Below, in pieces: positions 42,807-52,323 of a stretch of 64,000 nt of DNA. A program made the translations under genes and the position numbers. Each line of letters begins with the position of its first letter. Position 1 is the stretch's first letter. Below the pieces are notes generated by a model, which saw only the letters and a program-made list of their open reading frames with translations, had not been told where the DNA came from and ran no database searches. The DNA is from Candidatus Fervidifonticultor secundus (GTDB lineage Bacteria; Sysuimicrobiota; Sysuimicrobiia; Sysuimicrobiales; Humicultoraceae): contig JAVKIP010000003.1 of NCBI GenBank assembly GCA_031459385.1, positions 113,006 to 177,005 of the forward strand. Reading direction: 5' to 3'.

Positions 42807-43351
42807 GGCGTGACACACAACGACTCCTCGACCGCGCCTGGCGGACGTTCCTGGGAGCGCGCATGGTGGCTCGCCGGGGCAACGGGGATCTCGTCGCGGT
42901 GCTGGCATACCGGGCAATGGAAACCGTCGCCCGGGCGCTGTTGGTCCAGCAGCAGATCTACTGCGGGGCCTCAGACGACGTGCGCGAGCAGTTCACGCGC
43001 CGGCTGGTCGGCGAAGATGCGCGCACCCGGCGATGGCTCCAGTGGATGCTGGACGCGCGCGACATGTGCGCGCAGGCAGAGGTCGAGGGGGATGCGCCCA
43101 TCAGCGACGATGCAGCCCGCAGGCTGATCGAACGGGCAGGGACCATGGTGCGCGAGGCCCGCGACGCCCTCTGGCTCGATGCGGCGCGACGTCGCGGCAG
43201 TCTGCTCCTCGATCCGCGCCCGGCTACAGGAGGGGATCCTCCTCTCGAACCTCGACCCGCGCCAGGTCCACCCCTGCTGCCTCCAGCAACGACCGTGCCA
43301 GGGGATCGGGGTAGTCGCCAGCAAACACGACGCGCCGGATCCCGGCGTTGA
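42803..43351 (+). CDS. HEPN domain protein (putative toxin partner)
   Basis: GTG 42803 overlaps the upstream stop (GTGA). An all-helical pattern (RLLDRAWRTFLGARMVA...AYRAMETVARALLV...MLDARDMCAQAE...AARRLIERAGTMVREARDAL) fits HEPN. The low-complexity Pro-rich tail overlaps the convergent deaminase gene. Confidence 0.45.
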   Translation: MRRDTQRLLDRAWRTFLGARMVARRGNGDLVAVLAYRAMETVARALLVQQQIYCGASDDVREQFTRRLVGEDARTRRWLQWMLDARDMCAQAEVEGDAPISDDAARRLIERAGTMVREARDALWLDAARRRGSLLLDPRPATGGDPPLEPRPAPGPPLLPPATTVPGDRGSRQQTRRAGSRR

Positions 43352-43691
43352 GGAGCATCTTGGCACAGGTCAGGCATGGCTGGTGTGTCACGTAGATGGC
43401 GGCGCCGTTGATGCTGACCCCGTGGTAGGCGGCCTGGATCACGCAGTTCATCTCCGCGTGAATGCACAGGCAGGTGTCGTGCCCGGTACCCGACGGCACC
43501 GGGCCGGCGCAGCGGGCGCAGCCTCCATCTCCGCAGTTGGGGACGCCGCGGGGCGTGTCGTTGTACCCCGTGGAGAGCACCATCCGGTCCTTGACGATGA
43601 CGGCTCCCACCCGCCGCCGCCGACACGTCGACCGGCTCGAGGCGAGGTGGGCGATTCGCATGAAGTACTCATCCCAGGATGGCCGCATCAT
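43224..43691 (-). CDS. dCMP deaminase (ComEB/CMP-dCMP deaminase zinc-binding family)
   Basis: MMRPSWDEYFMRIAHLASSRSTCRRRRVGAVIV, the HAEMNC motif and the PCLTCAKML zinc ligands are present. Confidence 0.88.
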   Translation of the reverse strand: MMRPSWDEYFMRIAHLASSRSTCRRRRVGAVIVKDRMVLSTGYNDTPRGVPNCGDGGCARCAGPVPSGTGHDTCLCIHAEMNCVIQAAYHGVSINGAAIYVTHQPCLTCAKMLLNAGIRRVVFAGDYPDPLARSLLEAAGVDLARVEVREEDPLL

Positions 43692-43732
43692 CGATCCCCC
43701 TCCGGCCTCTGCGCAGCCAGCGCGCAACGCCG

Positions 43733-45511
43733 CTACCCGCCCCCAGGGGTTCGCGACGTGGTGCGGCGATTTCCCCGCGGCTCACTCACCGGAGGCGCGC
43801 CGGCCAGCACCTCGAACCCCAGCGCGGCCCCGCGGGCCACGAAGTACTCGATCTCCTCGGTCCGGGTGCGGTCGCCCAGGCTCACGCGGTCGTATGCCCG
43901 CTCGAGCCCGATGATCACCGTCTCGGCCAGACACGCTGGCACCTTGCCCGGGCCGTAGCCGAAGTCGAGCTGCCCTCCCGGGGTCCCGGGAAGGCGCACG
44001 ACCCCCCCGGCCACCACCTCGACCCCCTCCACAGCGGCCACGGCCGGATGCACGTCAGGTGGACGTCCCAGGTCGATGAGCAGCGCGCCAGGCTTCACGT
44101 GCTCGGGGTACACCACGGGCGTCGGCTCGGAGGTGGCCGCAAAGATCACGTCGGCATCGCGCAGGGCAGCGTATGCGGTCGTGGCGTCGACCTGGAGCCC
44201 CGGATGCCGCCGCGCCAGCAACTCCCGGGACCGCTCGAGCCGGTCCTGGTGGCGGCCGAGCATCACCAGGCGCCGCACGTGCCCGGCGACGGCCCGGCAG
44301 ATGCCGAAGCCGACCACGCCGCTGGCGCCGACCACGGCCGCTGTCACCTCCGCGGGATCGACGCCGCGCAGGCGCAGCCGCTCCAGTACGAAGGGCACGA
44401 CCATCTTCACTGTCCCGGCCGTGTAGGCGCCGCCGTTGGTGATGGCGATCGGCGAGCGGGCCTGGACGTCGGTCCCCTTGTTGCCGACCACCGACCAGTA
44501 CGCGCCCAGCCCCAGCACCGTGGCACCGAGGTTGGCGGCCAGCTGTGCCGCCTCCACCGCCCGCCGCACCGCCAGGTCCGGCTCGGCCTGGATCTGGTCG
44601 GGGAACAGCGGCACGCCGATGAGGTAGACGCGCACCCGCCGGCCGTCGGCTGTGACGATCGGGTGCACATCGTCCACCTTCATGGGCCGCACGTGGCGCG
44701 CCAGCAGCCGCAGCGTCCGCTCGGTCACCACGCCGCGCCGGTAGAGCGGCTCGAGCCAGCCGAACCGCCGGGCCTGCCAGAAGTCGGCCGCCGTCATGGG
44801 GTGAATCAGGAACGCGCAGACCGCGTCCTCGCCGGGGCGGCCAGGCAGCGGCAGGCGCTCGTGCACCCGCGGCTCGGTCCCGTCGGCGATCCTGGCCAGG
44901 TGTTCCTTGTAGTTCCAGAGAGTGACCAGCGCGTAGGCCAACGCGCCTGCCACGTAGGGCACCGGCGCACGCGTGAGCGCCAGCAGTGCGGGTAGGGTGG
45001 CGGAGGCCAGCACTGTGGCGAGCGAGAGAAACCCCCACCGACCCCATGCGAACCGGGGGAAGCCCAGCGTTATCGCCGCCACGAGCGCCGGGATGACCAC
45101 TGCGGCCCCTGCGATCCCGCCTGCGGCGGCCAGCGCACCCAGCGCGCCGGCGGCGGCGACCACCCCTTTCACCCGCACGCCGGCCGGTGGCGGCAGGAAG
45201 ACCTGCGGCGACCGGGCGTGACTGACCAGGAGCACGGCGACCGCCAGCACGAGCCCCCAGCCCCCGACCCCGAGCCACGACGCCACGAGCACCGCCAGCG
45301 CGCCCTTGGCCAGATCCAGGGCGGCGGCCAGGGCAACCGTGCGGGCGCCGGCCGCCGCCAGGACGCCGTGGAGGCCCAGGTTGTGCGGCGAGTACCGCCG
45401 CACGTCCATGCCCCCCAACCACCGGCCCGCCAGGTACCCGGTGGGGACGGCCCCCAGGACTGCGGCGGCGAGTGCGGCCAGCAACGTCGCGCCCAGTGGG
45501 GACGCCATCAC
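43733..45511 (-). CDS. Fusion protein: divergent PlsY-like membrane domain + acyl-ACP reductase (AAR)-like NAD(P)-binding domain
   Basis: The N-terminal ~215 aa is polytopic, with PlsY-like blocks (GAVPTGYL, DLAKG, HLARIADGTE) but a degenerate GSGNxGATN block. The C-terminal ~360 aa aligns by eye with cyanobacterial acyl-ACP reductase: LIHPMT, LGLGAYWSVVGN, ITNGGAYTAGTV, AAVVGASGVVGFGICR, LIDLGRPPDV and the Cys-containing PACLAE. Confidence 0.6.
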   Translation of the reverse strand: MMASPLGATLLAALAAAVLGAVPTGYLAGRWLGGMDVRRYSPHNLGLHGVLAAAGARTVALAAALDLAKGALAVLVASWLGVGGWGLVLAVAVLLVSHARSPQVFLPPPAGVRVKGVVAAAGALGALAAAGGIAGAAVVIPALVAAITLGFPRFAWGRWGFLSLATVLASATLPALLALTRAPVPYVAGALAYALVTLWNYKEHLARIADGTEPRVHERLPLPGRPGEDAVCAFLIHPMTAADFWQARRFGWLEPLYRRGVVTERTLRLLARHVRPMKVDDVHPIVTADGRRVRVYLIGVPLFPDQIQAEPDLAVRRAVEAAQLAANLGATVLGLGAYWSVVGNKGTDVQARSPIAITNGGAYTAGTVKMVVPFVLERLRLRGVDPAEVTAAVVGASGVVGFGICRAVAGHVRRLVMLGRHQDRLERSRELLARRHPGLQVDATTAYAALRDADVIFAATSEPTPVVYPEHVKPGALLIDLGRPPDVHPAVAAVEGVEVVAGGVVRLPGTPGGQLDFGYGPGKVPACLAETVIIGLERAYDRVSLGDRTRTEEIEYFVARGAALGFEVLAGAPPVSEPRGNRRTTSRTPGGG

Positions 45512-45536
45512 GCCCGCCCCGTCACACCGCGTCCGG

Positions 45537-46166
45537 CTACTTCGTCCCGAACAGGCGGTCCCCGGCGTCGCCCAGGCCGGGCACGATGTAGCCCTTCTCG
45601 TTCAGGTGACTGTCCACCGCGGCAGTATAGATGGCCACGTCCGGGTGCGTGCGGTGCACCTTCTCGATGCCCTCGGGAGCGGCGATGATCGCCATGACCT
45701 GGATGCGGCGACAGCCGGCGCGCTTGAGGGTGTCGATGGCAGCCACGGTGGAGCCCCCGGTCGCCAGCATCGGATCGAGGATCATCGCCTGGCGCTCGGC
45801 GATGTCGGGCGGCAACTTGACGAAGTAGCTCACGGGCTGCAGGGTGTCGTGCTCGCGGTAGATGCCGATGTGCCCCACCCGGGCCGTGGGCATCAGACGC
45901 ATGATGCCGTTCTCCATGATGAGCCCTGCCCGCAGGATCGGCACCACGGCGATCTCCTGCCCTGCGATCGACCACCCCGTGGTCCTCGCCAGCGGCGTCT
46001 CGACGTCGACCTCGCGGACCGGGTGGGACCGCGTCGCCTCGAACGCCATGAGCATGGCCAGCTCCTCGGTGAGCTCCCGGAACTCCTTGTGCCCGGTGCG
46101 CCGGTCGCGCAGGATCGTCAGCTTGTGCCTGATGAGCGGGTGGTCGAACACGTGCAGATCGCGCAC
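45537..46166 (-). CDS. upp: Uracil phosphoribosyltransferase
   Basis: [22 protein letters not shown] and [10 protein letters not shown] are present. Confidence 0.93.
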   Translation of the reverse strand: MRDLHVFDHPLIRHKLTILRDRRTGHKEFRELTEELAMLMAFEATRSHPVREVDVETPLARTTGWSIAGQEIAVVPILRAGLIMENGIMRLMPTARVGHIGIYREHDTLQPVSYFVKLPPDIAERQAMILDPMLATGGSTVAAIDTLKRAGCRRIQVMAIIAAPEGIEKVHRTHPDVAIYTAAVDSHLNEKGYIVPGLGDAGDRLFGTK

Positions 46167-46262
46167 GATGTGCCTCCTCTCGTCGCGGGCCCGGCAGGCA
46201 GGCCGCCGCGGCCCACCGAAGATTCACCATAACACACCCGTACAGCCTCCCGGGAGGCCACC

Positions 46263-47591
46263 ATGGCGCTGGCCGCACAGGACCCTGAACTCTACACCTG
46301 GCTGGAGCGCGAGCGCGCGCGCCAGCGCGACGGCGTCGAGCTGATCCCCTCGGAGAACTACGCGTCGCCGGCGGTGCTGGAGGCGATGGGATCGGTCCTC
46401 ACCAACAAGTACTCGGAGGGCTACCCCGGGCGCCGCTACTACGGCGGCAACGAGGTCGTGGACGAGATCGAGCGGCTCGCCCAGCGCCGGGCGCAGCAGC
46501 TCTTCGGGGTGCCCCACGTCAACGTGCAGCCCTACTCCGGCAGCCCGGCCAACCTGGCCGTCTACCTGGCCACCTGCCAGCCCGGCGACGTGATCATGGG
46601 CCAGAACCTGCCCGACGGCGGCCACCTGACCCACGGGTGGAAGGTGAGCGCCACCGGCATCTTCTACCGCAGCGTGCCCTACCACGTGCGGCCCGACGGC
46701 TACATCGACTTGGAGGAGGTGCGCCAGCTGGCGCAGGCACAGCGGCCGCGGCTGCTCTGGTGCGGGGCGACCGCCTACGTGCGCGAGTTCCCCTTCGCCG
46801 CCCTGGCGGAGGTCGCGAACGAGGTCGGCGCCTACTTCGCCGCCGACATCGCCCACATCGCCGGTCTCGTCGCCGGCGGAGTGCACCCGAGCCCGGTGCC
46901 CCACGCGCACATCGTGACCACCACCACCCACAAGACGCTGCGCGGCCCGCGTGGGGCGATGATCATGGTGACCGAACGTGGCCTGGCCAAGGATCCGGAG
47001 CTGGCGGAGAAGGTGGATCGGGCGATCTTCCCGGGGCTCCAGGGCGGGCCCCACGACCACACCACCGCGGCCATCGCCGTGGCGCTGGGCGAGGCGATGC
47101 GGCCCGAGTTCCGGGCCTACGCGGCGCAGGTCGTCGCCAACGCCAAGGCCCTGGCCGCGGCCCTGCTGGAGCGCGGCTTCCGGCTGGTCACCGGCGGCAC
47201 CGACAACCACATGCTGCTGGTGGACCTGACCCCCGGCGGGGCGGGCCGCGGGGTGTTCCTGCAGGAGGCTCTGGACGCCGTCGGCATCACCGTGAACAAG
47301 AACACGATCCCCGGCGAGCCGTCCTCGGCATTCTACCCCTCGGGCATCCGCCTGGGCACCCCGGCGGCGACCACCCGCGGGATGCGCGAGCCGGAGATGG
47401 TCCGGCTGGCAGGCTGGATCGCCCGGGTCCACACGCTGATCGAGGGAGCGCAGCTCCCTGCCGATCCCAGGGCCCGCGCGGGCGCGGTACGGGAGTTCCG
47501 GGCGATGCTGGCGGGGCATCCGACGCTGCGCGCCATCCGCGAGGAGGTGCGCGCGTTCTGCCGGCAGTTCCCCGTGCCGGGGATCGGCTGA
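46263..47591 (+). CDS. glyA: Serine hydroxymethyltransferase
   Basis: LIPSENYASPAVLEAMGSVLTNKYSEGYPGRRYYGG and the PLP-Lys motif TTTTHKTLRGPRG are present. Confidence 0.95.
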   Translation: MALAAQDPELYTWLERERARQRDGVELIPSENYASPAVLEAMGSVLTNKYSEGYPGRRYYGGNEVVDEIERLAQRRAQQLFGVPHVNVQPYSGSPANLAVYLATCQPGDVIMGQNLPDGGHLTHGWKVSATGIFYRSVPYHVRPDGYIDLEEVRQLAQAQRPRLLWCGATAYVREFPFAALAEVANEVGAYFAADIAHIAGLVAGGVHPSPVPHAHIVTTTTHKTLRGPRGAMIMVTERGLAKDPELAEKVDRAIFPGLQGGPHDHTTAAIAVALGEAMRPEFRAYAAQVVANAKALAAALLERGFRLVTGGTDNHMLLVDLTPGGAGRGVFLQEALDAVGITVNKNTIPGEPSSAFYPSGIRLGTPAATTRGMREPEMVRLAGWIARVHTLIEGAQLPADPRARAGAVREFRAMLAGHPTLRAIREEVRAFCRQFPVPGIG

Positions 47592-47619
47592 GGTTGCCTC
47601 GTGTCGCTTCCCGGGCCCC

Positions 47620-48069
47620 TCAACACCTGCGTTCGCGCTCGTAGCGGTGGATCTTCTCCACCCGCGGAATGTGGCGGCCGCCTTCAAACGGCGTCGTGAG
47701 GAACGTTCGCACGATCTCCTTGGCCACCTCGGACCCGACGATGCGCGCCCCCAGCGCGATCATGTTGGCATCGTTGTGGAACCGCGCCAGGCGCGCCGTG
47801 GTCACGTCGTGCACGACGGCGCAGCGGATACCCCGGACCTTGTTGGCCGCCATCGCCTCGCCGTTCCCCGTGCCCCCGAAGATGATGCCACGGTCGGCCT
47901 CGCCCCGCGCCACGGCCTCGGCCACGGGAATGCAGAAGTCGGGGTAGTCTACCGGCTCGGCGCTGTTCGTGCCGAGGTCGCGGACCTCGTGCCCCAGCTC
48001 CAGCAGCAGCCGCGCGATGTCGGCCTTGAGGATGACCCCCGCGTGGTCGCCGCCGATTGCGATCCGCAT
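47620..48069 (-). CDS. rpiB: Ribose-5-phosphate isomerase B
   Basis: [28 protein letters not shown] and [14 protein letters not shown] are present. Confidence 0.92.
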   Translation of the reverse strand: MRIAIGGDHAGVILKADIARLLLELGHEVRDLGTNSAEPVDYPDFCIPVAEAVARGEADRGIIFGGTGNGEAMAANKVRGIRCAVVHDVTTARLARFHNDANMIALGARIVGSEVAKEIVRTFLTTPFEGGRHIPRVEKIHRYERERRC

Positions 48070-48093
48070 CGTCGCTTCACCTCGCCTGGTCCG

Positions 48094-48534
48094 TCACGCC
48101 GCCGCCGGCAGCGCCCCGACGCGCCCGGCGTCCAGCACCAGGTCTACCTCGTCGCCCACCACGAAGACGACCTGCTGCGCCGTGGGTGCCGGCCGCCCGC
48201 CCGCGGGAGCCGTCGCGGCGGCCAGCGCCACCCCGGCATCGCGCAGCAGGGCCCGCGCCACCGGGTGCGCGGGCGCCCGCGCGAGGCCGCCCGCGCCGGC
48301 TGCATCCTGCTCGGAGGCGACGAACCGCACGATCTGATCGGGCGCGGCGCCGGTGACCTGCCGCAACCGGTCCACCGCGGCCGCGTCGGACGCCGCGCAG
48401 CCCACGTAGTAGCCATCCTCGGCGGGAAAGACGAGGAGTCCGCCGGCGCGCAGCACGTCCACCGCCCGGCGCGGCGCCGCACCTTCTGCGGGGTCGACGC
48501 GGATGATCGGCACGGGATTCGGCTGCCGGGTCAC
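48094..48534 (-). CDS. Short YrdC/Sua5-domain-like protein (threonylcarbamoyl-AMP synthase family, truncated/divergent)
   Basis: AVDVLRAGGLLVFPAEDGYYVGCAASDAAAVDRL and ...VDLVLDAGRVG resemble YrdC blocks. It sits in the usual prfA-prmC-ywlC-rpiB-glyA neighbourhood. The start is uncertain, with in-frame GTG at 48513, 48534 or 48567. Confidence 0.5.
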   Translation of the reverse strand: MTRQPNPVPIIRVDPAEGAAPRRAVDVLRAGGLLVFPAEDGYYVGCAASDAAAVDRLRQVTGAAPDQIVRFVASEQDAAGAGGLARAPAHPVARALLRDAGVALAAATAPAGGRPAPTAQQVVFVVGDEVDLVLDAGRVGALPAAA

Positions 48535-48548
48535 CGCCGGCTGGAACG

Positions 48549-49433
48549 TCAGCTGGTAATAGCGCACCGGTCGTCGTCCGCAGCCCGCAGACGCGCGCTC
48601 ACCACCCGCTCCCATCCCGCCAGGTCGCGGTGGGTGGCGATCTGCACATACCGGGCTGCGCGCTCTAGCAGTTCGACGACCTGGGCGGCCTGGCCTGCCG
48701 CGACCTCCATGGCCAGCAGGCCGCCCGGCCGCAGCACGCGGGGGCTCTGGGCCACCAGCCGGCGGTGCACGCTCACCCCCTCCGGGGCTACCACCGCCTC
48801 CCGCGGCTCGAAGTTGCGGATCTCGACGGGCAGGGTCGCCGCCGTGGCGGGGTCGACGTACGGCGGGTTGCAGGCCAGTGCATCGAGGCGCACGGAGGAC
48901 GCGGCGAGGGGCTCGACCAAATCCCCGCACAGGAAGCGCACGCGCCCGCCCACCCCGTGCCGGGCGGCGTTTGTCCGCGCCACTTCCAGCGCCCCCGGCG
49001 AGATGTCGGTGGCGAAGACCAAGGCGTCCGGGCGCGCCACTGCCAGGCTCACCGCGATGGCGCCGCTCCCCGTCCCAATGTCGGCCACGAGGGGTGCCGC
49101 CTGTCCGGCCAGCGCTGCCAGCACCACGTCCACCAGCAGTTCCGTCTCGGGCCGCGGGATCAGCACCCGCTCGTCCACCAGGAACTCCAGTCCCCAGAAC
49201 TCGCGGCGCCCGACGATGTAGGCCACGGGACGGCCGCGCGCCCGCTCGGCGAGCAGCGCCTCGTAGCGCGGCCATGCGGCGGGATCGAGAGGACGGTGCC
49301 AGTGCAGGTAGAGATCGGTGCGGGACCAGCCCAGGGCGTGGCGCAAGAGCACCTCGGCGCTTGCGCCCGGCTCCGGCACCCCCAGGGCCGCCAGGTGCTC
49401 ACGCCCTGCCATCCAGGCCTCGCCGACCGTCAC
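48549..49433 (-). CDS. prmC: Release-factor glutamine N5-methyltransferase
   Basis: VADIGTGSGAIAVSLA and the NPPY motif (ACNPPYV) are present. It lies downstream of prfA. Confidence 0.9.
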   Translation of the reverse strand: MTVGEAWMAGREHLAALGVPEPGASAEVLLRHALGWSRTDLYLHWHRPLDPAAWPRYEALLAERARGRPVAYIVGRREFWGLEFLVDERVLIPRPETELLVDVVLAALAGQAAPLVADIGTGSGAIAVSLAVARPDALVFATDISPGALEVARTNAARHGVGGRVRFLCGDLVEPLAASSVRLDALACNPPYVDPATAATLPVEIRNFEPREAVVAPEGVSVHRRLVAQSPRVLRPGGLLAMEVAAGQAAQVVELLERAARYVQIATHRDLAGWERVVSARLRAADDDRCAITS

Positions 49434-49453
49434 CCCGGCGGGTGCCGCCGCGC

Positions 49454-50533
<1,080 letters not shown>

Positions 50534-50549
50534 GGCCCTCACCGCCCCG

Positions 50550-50558
50550 ATTATAGCA
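50550..50558 (-). promoter_or_regulatory. Extended -10 box upstream of prfA
   Basis: The minus strand reads GTGCTATAAT, the same decamer as upstream of rplY. It lies about 16 nt before the GTG start, implying a very short leader. Confidence 0.4.
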
Positions 50559-50599
50559 CCGGCGGCCGCGACACCCTGCCGTGGCAACGCCACAGCCGC

Positions 50600-50623
50600 G
50601 GCGCCATCACCCGCGATGGCGCC
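50600..50623 (-). terminator. Hairpin after rpmE (possible terminator, no U-tract)
   Basis: GGCGCCATC-N6-GATGGCGCC forms a 9-bp perfect stem between the rpmE stop and the prfA promoter. Confidence 0.35.
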
Positions 50624-50655
50624 GGCGCCCCCGTCGCGTGCTGGGGGAGCGACCG

Positions 50656-50859
50656 CTAGACCTTCAGGCCGTACTTGCGGGCGAACTTCTGGACCCGGCC
50701 CTCGGTGTCGACGAGGCGCCGCTGGCCGGTGTAGTAGGGGTGGCACTTCGAGCAGATCTCGACCCGGATCTGCTTGCGCGTCGAGCCGGTGACGAACGTC
50801 TCACCGCATGCGCACACGACCTGCGCCTGGTAGTACGCGGGGTGAATGCCCTGCTTCAT
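50656..50859 (-). CDS. rpmE: 50S ribosomal protein L31 (Zn-ribbon type A)
   Basis: The translation is [22 protein letters not shown]...[10 protein letters not shown]. Confidence 0.95.
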   Translation of the reverse strand: MKQGIHPAYYQAQVVCACGETFVTGSTRKQIRVEICSKCHPYYTGQRRLVDTEGRVQKFARKYGLKV

Positions 50860-50904
50860 CGTCGCTCCTCGTACGGCATGGATCGGGAAGATGGCAACAC
50901 GCGC

Positions 50905-50913
50905 ATTATATCA
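50905..50913 (-). promoter_or_regulatory. Extended -10 box upstream of rpmE
   Basis: The minus strand reads TGATATAAT, about 45 nt upstream of ATG 50859. GAGGAG lies 5 nt before the start. Confidence 0.5.
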
Positions 50914-50953
50914 GACCGCGGCGGCCCTACTCTACCGGTCTGCCCTGCGCTCC

Positions 50954-52198
50954 CTACCGCAGGTATCTGATGGGGTTGACGGGACGGCCGCCGATGTGCA
51001 CCTCGAAGTGCAGATGCGGCCCGGTGCAGGCGCCGGTGCACCCGACGCGGGCGATGAGCTGTCCCCGCGTCACGGGCTCGCCGGCCCGCACCAGGAGCTG
51101 GCTGGCGTGGGCGTACACAGAGGTGACCCCGTCGTGATGCCGCAGGTAGACCACGCGCCCGTAGCCGCCCCGCCAGCCCGCGAACTCCACCACGCCGTCG
51201 CTGGCGGCGTAGATCGGCGCCCCGGAGGGGGAGGCCACGTCGATGCCGTTGTGATGGTAGCGGTACCGGCGCCAGCCGAACCGCGAGGTGATGACGCCGC
51301 GGGCCGGCCAGATCAGCCTTAGCCCGGTGCGCAGCGCCGACCCGGCCCCCGCCACGGGTTCGCTGTGCCCTCCGCGCGCGCTCGGCGCGCGCCCGCTCAC
51401 GACCAGGCGCTGTCCGGGCTGGAGCCGGTCGGGGTCGTCGAGCCCGTTCAGGTCGAGCAGGGCCTCCACCGTGGTGCCGTACCGGTAGGCGATGCTCCAG
51501 AGGGTGTCCCCTGGCTGGACCTCGTAGGTCGAGCGCTGGACGCGGCCCGGGGTCCGGGGCGGGGTGCGACCCGCCGTGGCGCCCTCGTCGCTTTCCGGCA
51601 CCACCAGCGTCTTCCCCACCGGCAACACGGCCTGTGGGCCCAGGTCGTTGGCGGCGGCCAGGGCCTCGACCGATACCCCGTAGCGCCGCGCCAGTGACCA
51701 CAGCGTGTCGCCGCTCTGCAGGCGGTGCGTGCGGGTCGCCGCGGCGCCGCGCGACGCCACCGTCCGGACGGGAGGACGCGCCGGGCGGGCCGCCTGAGGC
51801 CCGGGGGCGCTGGCGCCCCGCGCCGGCGCAGCGGCCGGCAGCGCGGCCACCCGCGGCGCAGCGGCTGCCACCCGCATCCGTCGCACGGCCTCCAGGCCCG
51901 GTGTCGCGCGCAGCACCTCGCGGAACGCGTGCTCGCGGTCGGGCCCTGCCGTGGTCGCATCGGCCTGCGGCATCAGGCGCGCTGGAGGGAGTGCCGTCGC
52001 GTCGGGGGACCCCGACGCGCCCGGCCCGAGGGCCGGGGCGACGAGGAGCAAGATCGAGGCCACTGCAAACGGTGCACGCGCGCTTCGCACCACCACTACC
52101 TCGCGCCGCGACGTGCCGGACCGGCGCCGGCCGAAACGTCCTGAGTTGCACTGCTGCTGTCCTCGGCGCGCGCGCGGGCTGCGCGCGCCTGCCCGCAA
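50954..52198 (-). CDS. Secreted M23 family metallopeptidase with two LysM domains
   Basis: There are two LysM repeats (HRLQSGDTLWSLARRYGVSVEALAAAN and YEVQPGDTLWSIAYRYGTTVEALLDLN). The M23 motifs are HHNGIDVA and CTGPHLHFEV. The start is probably one of the GTG codons near 52096, before the signal peptide. Confidence 0.88.
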   Translation of the reverse strand: MRAGARSPRARRGQQQCNSGRFGRRRSGTSRREVVVVRSARAPFAVASILLLVAPALGPGASGSPDATALPPARLMPQADATTAGPDREHAFREVLRATPGLEAVRRMRVAAAAPRVAALPAAAPARGASAPGPQAARPARPPVRTVASRGAAATRTHRLQSGDTLWSLARRYGVSVEALAAANDLGPQAVLPVGKTLVVPESDEGATAGRTPPRTPGRVQRSTYEVQPGDTLWSIAYRYGTTVEALLDLNGLDDPDRLQPGQRLVVSGRAPSARGGHSEPVAGAGSALRTGLRLIWPARGVITSRFGWRRYRYHHNGIDVASPSGAPIYAASDGVVEFAGWRGGYGRVVYLRHHDGVTSVYAHASQLLVRAGEPVTRGQLIARVGCTGACTGPHLHFEVHIGGRPVNPIRYLR

Positions 52199-52289
52199 CG
52201 ACCAGTTAGGTTAGCGCCTCATCGAGCTGGCTGCAGACGAAACACGCAAATAGTTCGCCGCCGCGAGCCCATCTCCTGCCAGGCGTCCC

Positions 52290-52317
52290 AAAACGGGCAG
52301 GGAGGCGAGCCCCTCCC
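52290..52317 (-). terminator. Possible terminator after rho
   Basis: The minus strand reads GGGAGG-GGCTCG-CCTCCC, followed by TGCCCGTTTT. Confidence 0.3.
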
Positions 52318-52323
52318 CGGGGG

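Noticed and set aside
46167-46262. The CCTCCCGGGAGG palindrome overlapping the glyA SD, considered as a regulatory hairpin or riboswitch.
   Set aside because: It is a 12-nt palindrome only, with no extended conserved structure (for example no THF or glycine riboswitch blocks), so it is most simply the SD itself.
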